The notes under the pieces: model-generated | The model's database searches: none | What the model was told of the DNA's origin: nothing | The model's input: the letters and a program-made list of their open reading frames with translations, nothing else | Position numbers and translations under genes: made by a program | Virus record (IMG/VR): IMGVR_UViG_3300043683_000015 | Span: 1-41,546 of that record | Reading direction: 5' to 3' (one strand) | DNA from: a virus | Lineage: Duplodnaviria > Caudoviricetes | Length of the DNA stretch: 41,546 bases | Shown: positions 26,413-34,968 of the stretch, in pieces | Layout of the letters: each line of letters opens with the position of its first letter | Numbering within the stretch: position 1 is the first letter of the stretch

Positions 26413-26559
26413 ACCGCACCTAGGCCGCCCCTGTGGATATCTCGGTTGCGATTGATTCTAACGCGCTGTAGCATTCAGCAGTCTCAGAACCAGAGACGGA
26501 TCAACAATGCCTGTTAGCGCCAGATCTCCATCGACGCCTCAGAGGCGCTCCGTTGGATC

Positions 26560-26946
26560 ATGGAACCCGCAATTATGAGCGCGACTGATAACAGTGCACC
26601 GTCAGCCAGGCGCGGCATCGGCCGCCCGTTCGTCAAAGGCCAGACCGGAAATGCCGGCGGACGGCCAAAAGCCGAGCACGACGTCGTTGCCTTCGCCCGG
26701 CAAAAAGGCCCAGACGCTATCCGAACCCTCGCCGAAATCATGCTCAACACCAAGGCGTCAGACTCCGCACGCGTCGGCGCCGCCAACAGCCTCCTCGAAC
26801 GCGGCTTCGGAAAGCCCACCCAGCCACTCGGCGGCGACCCGAACCATCCGTTCACATACGTCATCCGCGGCCCGCTGCCAGTTGAAACAACCCAGGAATG
26901 GCTGCGATTGAACGCGCCGGAAGCAAACGATGCAGACACTGGCTGA
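26560..26946 (+). CDS. terS: Terminase small subunit (DUF5681-type)
   Basis: PFVKGQTGNAGGRPK, ARVGAANSLLERGFGKP; directly before TerL. Confidence 0.75.
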   Translation: MEPAIMSATDNSAPSARRGIGRPFVKGQTGNAGGRPKAEHDVVAFARQKGPDAIRTLAEIMLNTKASDSARVGAANSLLERGFGKPTQPLGGDPNHPFTYVIRGPLPVETTQEWLRLNAPEANDADTG

Positions 26947-28360
26947 ACCCGATGGCCTGATGACGGCCTGGCAGCCGCAGAAAGGCCCGCAAGCCGCGTT
27001 CGTCGGCTGCCCCGTGTTCGAGGTGTTCTTCGGCGGTGCGCGCGGAGGCGGCAAGTCGTGGGGCATGATCGGCGACTGGGCGCTGCACTCCGACCAATAC
27101 GGCGAGGATGCAGTCGGGCTGATGATCCGGCGCACCCGCATTGAACTCCTCGACCTCTTCGAACAGGCCCGCAGCGTCTATGCCAAGATCGGCGCAGCAG
27201 CCACATACAACCCGTTGCGTATCGTGATGCCCAACGGCGCCCGGCTGACCTTCGCTTATCTGGAGCGCGATCCTGACGCCGACCAATACCAGGGGCACAA
27301 TTACACCCGCATCTATGTCGAGGAAATCGGCAACTTTCCCTCACCGCGCCCGGTCATGAAACTCATGGCAACCCTGCGCTCCGGTGCGGGCGTTCCGGTC
27401 GGCCTGCGGCTCACCGGCAATCCGGGAGGCGTGGGCCACCAGTGGGTGCGGGCGCGATACATCGATCCAGCGCCCATGGGCTGGAAGATCCTGACCGACC
27501 CGAAGACCGGCCTCCAGCGCATCTATATTCCCAGCCGGGTGACGGACAATGCCTATCTCGGCCCCGACTACGTGCAGCGGCTCAAGGCCAGCGGCAGCCC
27601 CGAACTCGTCCGCGCCTGGCTGGAAGGCGACTGGACCGTCGTGTCCGGCGCGTTCTTCCCCGAGTTCAGCATGGAGCGCCACGTCATCGCGCCGCGCCCG
27701 ATCCCCGAGCACTGGGCGCGGTTCCGCAGCTTCGACTGGGGCAGCGCACGGCCGTTCTGCTGCCACTGGTGGGCGGTCAGCGACGGCACCATGCCCGATA
27801 TCGCCCGCGGCGCCCTGGTGCTCTACCGCGAGTGGTACGGCATGCGGCCCGGCGAACCCAACGTGGGCCTAAAGCTGACGGCGGAAGCGGTCGCCCAAGG
27901 CATCGCTGCCCGCGAGGCCGACGATCCGCAGCCGATGCTTGGCGTCGCCGATCCGGCCATATTCGCCGAGGACGGCGGCCCGTCCATCGCGCAACGGATG
28001 ATGACGCAGGGCGTGATGTTCCGCCCGGCGGACAACAAGCGCGTGCCCTCCCGCGGTGCGATGGGCGGCTGGGATCAGCTCCGCTCGCGGCTGGTGGGCG
28101 ACGATGATGGCAAGCCCATGGCGCTGTTCTTCAGCACCGCCCGCGATCTCATCCGGACGTTACCAGCCATGCAGCACGACGACGCGCGGCCGGAGGATAT
28201 CGATACCGATGCCGAGGATCATTGTTGCGATTGCGCGCGCTACGGCATGATGTCGCGGCCCTGGATCAAGGACGCCGTGAAACCGCCGGTGCGCGATAGC
28301 TGGGACATCGCCTTCGAGCGCGCCAACGAGGGGCAGCCCGATGGATGGAGGGTGGCATGA
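26930..28360 (+). CDS. terL: Terminase large subunit
   Basis: GGARGGGKS Walker A, IYVEE Walker B, LTGNP, FDWG and EDHCCDCARY nuclease motifs. Confidence 0.95.
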   Translation: MQTLAEPDGLMTAWQPQKGPQAAFVGCPVFEVFFGGARGGGKSWGMIGDWALHSDQYGEDAVGLMIRRTRIELLDLFEQARSVYAKIGAAATYNPLRIVMPNGARLTFAYLERDPDADQYQGHNYTRIYVEEIGNFPSPRPVMKLMATLRSGAGVPVGLRLTGNPGGVGHQWVRARYIDPAPMGWKILTDPKTGLQRIYIPSRVTDNAYLGPDYVQRLKASGSPELVRAWLEGDWTVVSGAFFPEFSMERHVIAPRPIPEHWARFRSFDWGSARPFCCHWWAVSDGTMPDIARGALVLYREWYGMRPGEPNVGLKLTAEAVAQGIAAREADDPQPMLGVADPAIFAEDGGPSIAQRMMTQGVMFRPADNKRVPSRGAMGGWDQLRSRLVGDDDGKPMALFFSTARDLIRTLPAMQHDDARPEDIDTDAEDHCCDCARYGMMSRPWIKDAVKPPVRDSWDIAFERANEGQPDGWRVA

Positions 28361-28584
28361 TCAAGGCGACCTATGCTGGCCTATCCGGCGCGGAGTTCAT
28401 GCGCGAGGTCAGCGACGACCCCGAAAAGTGGGCCGAGGCGCTTTATGATGCCTGGGGAAAACAGCGTTTCACCACCCACGCGGTATGGTCGGCAAACCGC
28501 GAAGAGCGCATCGAAGAACTCGCAAAATGGTTCCGCGACGCCATGGACGCCGCACGCCGCCTCAACCCGAAGGTAGTGCCATGA
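28357..28584 (+). CDS. Hypothetical protein
   Basis: GGAGG RBS, ATGA overlaps between terL and portal. Confidence 0.6.
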   Translation: MIKATYAGLSGAEFMREVSDDPEKWAEALYDAWGKQRFTTHAVWSANREERIEELAKWFRDAMDAARRLNPKVVP

Positions 28585-30701
28585 CCGCACCCCGCGCGCT
28601 CTACGCCGATCCGCCAACTGATCCCGCCGCCGCCGAGGCAACCGCACCCAAGGGCGGCCCCGCTAGCGAGGGCTACACCCGCGACCTCGATGACGCCCAC
28701 GCCCGCCTCGTCCGCTGGTTCGAGGAGTCGGAAAACACCGGCATGGACGCACGCGACCGCTCCAACCGCGACCGTGACTACGTCACCGGCATTCAATGGA
28801 CCCAGGCGGAACTGAAGGCCCTGGCCGATCGCCACCAGCCGCCGATAACCATCAATTACTGCTCCCGCAAGGTCGATCTCATGTGCGGCATCGAGCGCAA
28901 GAGCCGCACCGACCCGAAGGCATACGCCCGCAACCCGGCGGACGAGGACAAGGCTTACGCGGCAACCCAGGTGCTGCGCTACATCGCCGACCAGAACAAG
29001 CTCAACGTCACGCGGTCAGCCGTCTACGAGAACATGCTGGTCGAAGGCGCCGGCGGCTGCGAACTCGGCCTCGAAGACGACGGCAAGGGCGGCGCGGAGA
29101 TCACCATCACCGCCGTGCCATGGGACCGGCTGTGGTGGGATGTCCACTCCCGCCTGCCGGACTTCAGCGACGCGCGCTACAAGGGCCTCGTGATCTGGCT
29201 CGACCGCGACCAGGCCAACGAAATGTGGCCGGATGCGGAAGACGTCATCACCGACAGCTTCGCCACTCACGACGGCAGCTACGACGACCGCCCCGGCCAT
29301 GTCCTGTGGACCGACAGCACCCGATCCCGCGTCCGCGTCGTCCAATGCCACTGGGACGAAAAGGGCACATGGTGGAGCGCCACCTACACGCGGTCAGGCT
29401 TCCTCGCCTCGCCCCGCCAATCGCCGTTCTTCGACCACAAGGGCAAGTCAGCCTGCGCTCTGGTCATGCAATCCGCCCATGTGGACAGGGAAAACAATCG
29501 CTACGGCATGGTCCGTGATATGATCTCGTTGCAGGACGAGATCAACAAACGCCGGTCCAAAGCCCTGCATCTGTTGTCAGTCGCGCAGATCATCACCGAG
29601 AAGGGCGCGGTGCAGGACATTGACCACGCGCGCCGCGAGGTCGCCAAGCCGGACGGCGCCGTTGAGGTCATGCCGGGAATGCGCTTCGAGGTCCACCACG
29701 GCGGCGAGATGGCTACCGGGCAGATGCATTTGCTCCAGCATGCGACAGGCGAGATGCAGGCTACCGGGCCGAACGCCTCGATGAGCGGCACCGACGATCG
29801 CGAGCTGTCCGGCCGCGCCATCCTGGCCCAGCAGGCGGGCGGGGCGGCGGCTAACGAACCCATCGCGGACGGGCTGCGGCAATGGATGCAGACCGTCTAC
29901 GAAATCTGCTGGATGGCCGCCCGGCAATACTGGAGCGCGGGCAAATGGGTGCGCGTGACCGACGATCTGGGGAATACGAAATACGTCGGCATCAACCAGC
30001 CCATCACCTTGCAGGACAAGCTGGCCGAAATGCCGGACCAGCAGCGGGCGCAGGCCATGCAGCAACTCCAGATCGTGCCCGGCGATCCGCGCCTCGGCAT
30101 GGTCGTCGGCGTCGAGAACGACATCCGCGAGATGGACATCGACGTCACCATCGGCGCCGGGATGGACGTGCCAAGCCTCCAGAACGAGCAGTTCCAGGTG
30201 CTGTTGCAACTGGCGTCCACGCAGCCGGGGCTGATCCCCGCCGACGTGCTCATCGCCGCCTCCAGCCTGCACGACAAGGACAAGCTGCTGGAGCGCATGA
30301 AGCAGCACGAACAACAGCAGGCGCAGGCGCAACAGCAGGCCGGGCAAATGGCCCAGCAGCACGCCCAGGCCGATATCACCGGCAAGCAGGCCAAGGCCGC
30401 GGCCGACTTCGCGCTGGCGGCCGAGCGGCGGCATGCCTCGGTGCATCATATCGCGGACATGCATCAAGGCTTCATGGACATGAACGCGCCGCCGGATGCC
30501 CCGAGCGCGCAGGGCACCGTGGTTCCGCCCGAGGTCCAGGCGGCGCTGGACACGGCCGACCTGCGGGGCCGCCACGCCAAGGCCGCGGTGGACGAGGCGC
30601 GGGCGAATGATCTGCGGCACTCGGCGGTGGAGCGCGTGTCCAATGTGATGCTGCAAGGGCTACAGGCGCAGCAGCCGCAGGGGCCACAGGGAGGAACCTG
30701 A
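28581..30701 (+). CDS. Portal protein, P22-like
   Basis: DYVTGIQWT, PPITIN, RYGMVRDM...QDEINKRRSK, SGRAI; Gln-rich barrel-like C-terminus. Confidence 0.92.
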   Translation: MTAPRALYADPPTDPAAAEATAPKGGPASEGYTRDLDDAHARLVRWFEESENTGMDARDRSNRDRDYVTGIQWTQAELKALADRHQPPITINYCSRKVDLMCGIERKSRTDPKAYARNPADEDKAYAATQVLRYIADQNKLNVTRSAVYENMLVEGAGGCELGLEDDGKGGAEITITAVPWDRLWWDVHSRLPDFSDARYKGLVIWLDRDQANEMWPDAEDVITDSFATHDGSYDDRPGHVLWTDSTRSRVRVVQCHWDEKGTWWSATYTRSGFLASPRQSPFFDHKGKSACALVMQSAHVDRENNRYGMVRDMISLQDEINKRRSKALHLLSVAQIITEKGAVQDIDHARREVAKPDGAVEVMPGMRFEVHHGGEMATGQMHLLQHATGEMQATGPNASMSGTDDRELSGRAILAQQAGGAAANEPIADGLRQWMQTVYEICWMAARQYWSAGKWVRVTDDLGNTKYVGINQPITLQDKLAEMPDQQRAQAMQQLQIVPGDPRLGMVVGVENDIREMDIDVTIGAGMDVPSLQNEQFQVLLQLASTQPGLIPADVLIAASSLHDKDKLLERMKQHEQQQAQAQQQAGQMAQQHAQADITGKQAKAAADFALAAERRHASVHHIADMHQGFMDMNAPPDAPSAQGTVVPPEVQAALDTADLRGRHAKAAVDEARANDLRHSAVERVSNVMLQGLQAQQPQGPQGGT

Positions 30702-30702
30702 T

Positions 30703-31221
30703 ATGCCATTAGCCACACCTTCCGTTGCGCCTGAACTTGTGATGAAGGCCAATCGAAAGCCATCGCTGCACAAGTTGACGAGGCCAGATTTCGAAACATC
30801 CGGCCGGGTGGGTTTGTCAAAGCCCAAAGGAAAACTCACAGGAATAAAATGGCAAGAAGTGGTTAAAGAACACAGAGACCTTATAGGAGCCGAGAGAAAC
30901 AACGGGAAATCGTGGCCAGAAATAGGGCGAATACTAGGAATGGATCATAATGGAGTTCGCACAGCAGCAACCAGCCTCCGAATAGGAAAATGGGACATGC
31001 GTGCCGTTCGACGGTTTATAGAAGGTAACCTTCCCTATATCCGCAAGCAAAGAGAGATAGGCGCCTCTTGGGCGACTCTTAGCCGCGATCTTGATCTGCC
31101 CCTTGAAACGTTGCGCCATGCCGCCGTGGAATTTGATCCAGGCCTGCTTACGCGGTGGTCAAAATACGCCGGCCGCAAGAGAAGCCACAAGGCCCAGCAG
31201 CCGCAGGGGCCGGTGCCATGA
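30703..31221 (+). CDS. Low-GC inserted gene with two tandem HTH-like units
   Basis: GKSWPEIGRILGM and GASWATLSRDLDL; GGAGG RBS; flanked by a 22-bp direct repeat. Confidence 0.6.
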   Translation: MPLATPSVAPELVMKANRKPSLHKLTRPDFETSGRVGLSKPKGKLTGIKWQEVVKEHRDLIGAERNNGKSWPEIGRILGMDHNGVRTAATSLRIGKWDMRAVRRFIEGNLPYIRKQREIGASWATLSRDLDLPLETLRHAAVEFDPGLLTRWSKYAGRKRSHKAQQPQGPVP

Positions 31222-31586
31222 GCGGCTTTCTGGTTCGCAACCAACTGATGACCGATAATCCGCTGGGGACAGTGCCGCCAATGCAGTCCGGCACGGGCGG
31301 CCCGCAGTTCGCGCAACCGACCTGGGGCGGCAGCGGCATACAGTCCGGGACGGGCGGTGTGGACCTGGCCATGCCGGCTGGCGGCAATGACATGCAGCAG
31401 ATCATGGCGGCGTTCCATCAGCACATGCAGGCCGCCGGGTTCCCTGCTCCTGGCGCGCCGACGATGCCGGGACAGCCGCCCGGGCTCGCGCCCACGGCAG
31501 GGATGCAGCCCGCCCAGCAGCTTCAGGCGGCGATCGACGCCGACCAGGCCAACTACCACGGCCGCGAGGGCGGAGGGCTGGTCTGA
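31218..31586 (+). CDS. Hypothetical Gln/Pro/Gly-rich protein
   Basis: ATGA overlap, between portal and scaffold. Confidence 0.55.
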   Translation: MSGFLVRNQLMTDNPLGTVPPMQSGTGGPQFAQPTWGGSGIQSGTGGVDLAMPAGGNDMQQIMAAFHQHMQAAGFPAPGAPTMPGQPPGLAPTAGMQPAQQLQAAIDADQANYHGREGGGLV

Positions 31587-31605
31587 TGAGTAAAGGACAG
31601 GAGCA

Positions 31606-32430
31606 ATGAGCGAACTCGACAGCTTCCTTTCATCCGGAACGCAACCGCCGGACCCGTCATCCCCCGCGCCAGCCTCGCCCCCGCAGCCGACACCACCGCC
31701 GCCGCCGGCCGCCAAGGCTGAGCCAGCCAAACCGGAGGCCAAGGCCGAACCACCCAAGGCTGCGCCCGAGCCGGAACCCGAGCCGGACGAGGACGTCGGC
31801 CACGAAGGTATGATCCCGGCCTCCACCTTCCACAAGGCGCGCACCGACTGGAAGTCCAAGGTCGTCGAAGCCCAGACCCAGGCCAAAATGCTCCGCGAGC
31901 AGATCGAAGCGTTCCAGAAGCAGCAGGCCGCACCGCCGCCACCGTCGCCCCAAGCTCCCCAGCCGCCCGTGGTGCTCGATCCCGCCCGCGATCCGGTCGG
32001 CTACCACAACCGGCTGCAAGAGGTGCTGCTCAACGACCGGCTCAACATCTCCGAGCTGATGGAAAAGGAGAAACACCCGCCCGAGGTCTTCGATGCCGCC
32101 GTGAACGAGTTCAAGGAAATGGCCCAGAAAGACCCGGCGCTGTTCCAGAAGCTGCACCAGCAGATGCACCCCTATGGCTGGCTGATGAAGGAAGTGCAGC
32201 GGCTCCGCCTCCAGCGCGAGGTCGGCGACGACCCCGAGGGCTACAAGGCCAGGCTTCGCGCCGAGTGGGAGGCCGAGCAGCAGCGCACCGCCGAGACGCC
32301 GATATCGCCCGCCGCCGGGCTGCCGCCGTCGCTGGCCACCACGCGGTCGGCTGCGCCACGTTCCACCAATGGATTTTCCGGGCCGCCCGGACTCGATGAC
32401 ATCCTTCGCCGGGAGCCGAAGCGGCGGTGA
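31606..32430 (+). CDS. Capsid scaffolding protein
   Basis: AGGAG RBS; Pro/Glu-rich N-terminus, coiled coil, PPSLA motif; directly upstream of MCP. Confidence 0.75.
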   Translation: MSELDSFLSSGTQPPDPSSPAPASPPQPTPPPPPAAKAEPAKPEAKAEPPKAAPEPEPEPDEDVGHEGMIPASTFHKARTDWKSKVVEAQTQAKMLREQIEAFQKQQAAPPPPSPQAPQPPVVLDPARDPVGYHNRLQEVLLNDRLNISELMEKEKHPPEVFDAAVNEFKEMAQKDPALFQKLHQQMHPYGWLMKEVQRLRLQREVGDDPEGYKARLRAEWEAEQQRTAETPISPAAGLPPSLATTRSAAPRSTNGFSGPPGLDDILRREPKRR

Positions 32431-32648
32431 ACCAGGATACCCTGACCATCGCCACGGCCATCCTCTACGCCATCCGTCTCGGTCAGAAATGGCCGGAAAC
32501 ACCCGCTCACCGCGAAAGATTATTGTTTTCGGCCCTGACGGACGCTAATGATATCATCCGTCTCGTCCAGAGGCAGACCGTCCCGCCGCCGGGGACAATA
32601 CCATCGGGCGTTAAACCGTCTGCCAATGGAAACCGCCGCCGGGTTTAA
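32427..32648 (+). CDS. Small hypothetical ORF overlapping the structured capsid leader
   Basis: GTGA overlap, GGAG RBS; 3' end includes hairpins 1-2. Confidence 0.4.
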   Translation: MNQDTLTIATAILYAIRLGQKWPETPAHRERLLFSALTDANDIIRLVQRQTVPPPGTIPSGVKPSANGNRRRV

Positions 32649-32800
32649 CAGGGCGTACGTCGGGCACTAAAGGGGCCGCCGCCGGGTCCATCCGCCGCCG
32701 GGAAATCGGGCGTCCTTTCGGGCTGTAGCGCCCCGCCGCCGGGGGCACTCGCACGCTGGCGCTTGGCGTCGGCACGTTCCCGAGACCCTCGCCCGAGGAC
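32580..32800 (+). ncRNA. Putative structured cis-regulatory RNA: five hairpins with invariant GCCGCCG loop
   Basis: Stems GTCCC/GGGAC, AAACC/GGTTT, GGGCC/GGTCC, TCC/GGA, GCCCC/GGGGC differ in sequence but keep pairing. Confidence 0.65.
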
Positions 32801-32807
32801 CACTCAA

Positions 32808-33920
32808 TTGGCAGACATGAATCTCACTCCCGCGAGAGCGGGACTGACTCCGATCATCTGGGACTCCGACTACTTCACCGAATACATCCGCAAAAACCAG
32901 TTCGCCCGCTACATGGGCACGACCATGGGGTCGATGATCCAGGTCAGGGAAGACCTGACCCGCAAGGCCGGCGATACCGTGGTGTTCCCCACCGTCCGCA
33001 GGCTCGTCGGCGCAGGCGTCACCGGCAACGCCGTGCTTGAGGGCAACGAAGAAATTCTCAACGCCCGCAGCTTGAACCTGCAAGTAGCGGCCATCCGCCA
33101 CGCCGTCGCGGTTTCCGACTGGGACGAACAGAAATCGGTCATCGCACTCCGTGATGCCGCCCGCGATGCACTGATGAACTGGTCGCTGGAAAAGATCCGC
33201 GCCGATATCATCATCTCGCTCGAAGCCATGACGGCGGACGGATCGGTCCAGATCCCCTACAGCACCGCTTCCGCCGCACAGCGCAATACCTGGCTCACCA
33301 ACAACGCCGACCGCGTGCTGTTTGGCGTGTCCAAGTCCAACGCCGTGTCCAACGTCATGGCCACCGCGCTCGCCACGCTGGACGCGCCCACCGACAAGAT
33401 GAGCGCCGCCATCGTCACCCTGGCCAAGCGTATCGCCCGCACCGCCAGCCCGCGCATCCGGCCGATCAGCGTGAACGACGATGAGGAATGGTTCACGATG
33501 TTCATGCCATCGCTGCCGTTCCGCGATCTGATGCAGGATCCGGTGATCATCAATTCGTTGCAATACGCCTGGGATCGCGGCCGAGACAATCCGCTCTTTA
33601 CCGCCGGTGACCTGATCTATAACGGCGTCATCATCCGCGAAGTCCCGGAGATGCCGGTGATTGCAAACGCGGGCGCGGGCGGCACCACGGACGTCGCCAT
33701 GTCCGCCCTCTGCGGCGCGCAGGCGCTCGGCGTGGCATGGGCACAGCGCACCAAGAGCACCACCAACACGCGTGACTACGGCTACATGCACGGGGTCGGC
33801 ATCCAGGAGATGCGCGGCATCGGCAAGCTGCGCTTCGGCACCGACCCGACCGTGGACACTACCAAGCCGGTCGATGCCGGGATCGTCTCGGTATTCACCA
33901 CCGCTGTCGCGGATGCCTGA
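32808..33920 (+). CDS. Major capsid protein (N4-gp56/DUF4043-like), TTG start
   Basis: GAGGA RBS; DLTRKAGDTV.F, G.GVTG...LEGNEE, NPLFTAG...YNGVIIRE, LCGAQAL..AW, DYG. Confidence 0.9.
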   Translation: MADMNLTPARAGLTPIIWDSDYFTEYIRKNQFARYMGTTMGSMIQVREDLTRKAGDTVVFPTVRRLVGAGVTGNAVLEGNEEILNARSLNLQVAAIRHAVAVSDWDEQKSVIALRDAARDALMNWSLEKIRADIIISLEAMTADGSVQIPYSTASAAQRNTWLTNNADRVLFGVSKSNAVSNVMATALATLDAPTDKMSAAIVTLAKRIARTASPRIRPISVNDDEEWFTMFMPSLPFRDLMQDPVIINSLQYAWDRGRDNPLFTAGDLIYNGVIIREVPEMPVIANAGAGGTTDVAMSALCGAQALGVAWAQRTKSTTNTRDYGYMHGVGIQEMRGIGKLRFGTDPTVDTTKPVDAGIVSVFTTAVADA

Positions 33921-33922
33921 TC

Positions 33923-34588
33923 ATGACCACCGCAAAGGGCGGGGCCACACCGGCCCCCGCTCCGGCCGTCCTCGTCACCGGGCGAACGGCGGAGGAACTC
34001 GCGCAGATGGCGGCGCTATCCGTCGGCGCCCAGGTGATCCTTGACTTCAACGGCGCCGGCTCGATCGGGGCGCGCGGCGGTGCAGGCACCTCGATCGAGG
34101 AGAACACCGCGGCCAGGGACGCGCACCTGGCCGCGCTCGGCTACGATCCCGCCGCACCGTCCGGCCCGCCGACCGCACCCGATCCGGCAGGCGCGGTGAG
34201 ATCCGCTGACGGGCCGATCAAGGGCCGGGCCACGCGCATGTCCAGCCTGGCGGCGGGGATCATCACCGATCTTAGCGACATACCGGGCGCCCCACCCACG
34301 TCAGCGCCCATCAACGTGGACGTGCCGCATGCATCGCAATCCGGCGCCACGCTCAACTGCACCATGGGCAACTGGCAGCAAACGCCGACCGGCTACGCCT
34401 ACGCCTGGACGATCGACGGGGCGGCCGCCGGCACCGCCGCCGACTACACGGTCACACCCGCCGATGTCGGCAAATCAGCCACGTGCATCGTAACCGCCAC
34501 CAACGCCGTTGGATCGACGGCCGCCCCGCCCTCGAACGCCGTGACCATCACGGACCCGGCCGGCGCGACCCGCACAAGGAGATCATGA
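33923..34588 (+). CDS. Putative capsid decoration protein with C-terminal Ig-like domain
   Basis: GATLNCTMGNW...YAYAW...YTVTPADVGKSATCIVTATN Ig-like pattern. Confidence 0.65.
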   Translation: MTTAKGGATPAPAPAVLVTGRTAEELAQMAALSVGAQVILDFNGAGSIGARGGAGTSIEENTAARDAHLAALGYDPAAPSGPPTAPDPAGAVRSADGPIKGRATRMSSLAAGIITDLSDIPGAPPTSAPINVDVPHASQSGATLNCTMGNWQQTPTGYAYAWTIDGAAAGTAADYTVTPADVGKSATCIVTATNAVGSTAAPPSNAVTITDPAGATRTRRS

Positions 34589-34590
34589 AC

Positions 34591-34968
34591 ATGGCCAGCC
34601 AGACCCACGACGAAGCCAAGCCGAAGGCGAAGACGGCACAGGCGGCGCCGGTCGCCGAGAGCGCCGAGACCAAGGCCGCCCGCGCAAACGACAGCATCGG
34701 CGCACAGGTGATCCTCGATCCGGCCTCCGACGCCGCTCTGGCCGCACGAGGCGGCGCTGAAGGCACGATCGAAGGCAACACCGCCGTTCGCAACGCCGCC
34801 CTGCCACGGATTATCGGCCTGTCCCACGATACCGTCGGCGGCACGGTCAAAGGCCCGCAGGATGCGCCAAAGCTGCACCGGCCGGTGCCGTGGTACGAAC
34901 CGCCCGCGACCGGGCAAACGCCGGAAGACGTGCGAAAGGAAGCTCTCGCGCAGATCGTCTCGCCGTAA
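34591..34968 (+). CDS. Virion protein paralogous to the N-terminal domain of the upstream gene
   Basis: AAGGAG RBS; shared S.GAQVILD...ARGGA...IE.NTA.R motif. Confidence 0.65.
   Translation: MASQTHDEAKPKAKTAQAAPVAESAETKAARANDSIGAQVILDPASDAALAARGGAEGTIEGNTAVRNAALPRIIGLSHDTVGGTVKGPQDAPKLHRPVPWYEPPATGQTPEDVRKEALAQIVSP

Noticed and set aside
26263-26517. 84-aa CDS after the helicase
   Set aside because: Sequence is dominated by the direct and inverted repeats; more likely a cis element than a gene
32580-32746. CRISPR mini-array
   Set aside because: Repeat only 11 bp, spacing irregular (about 16-57 bp), no cas genes; flanks covary as stems
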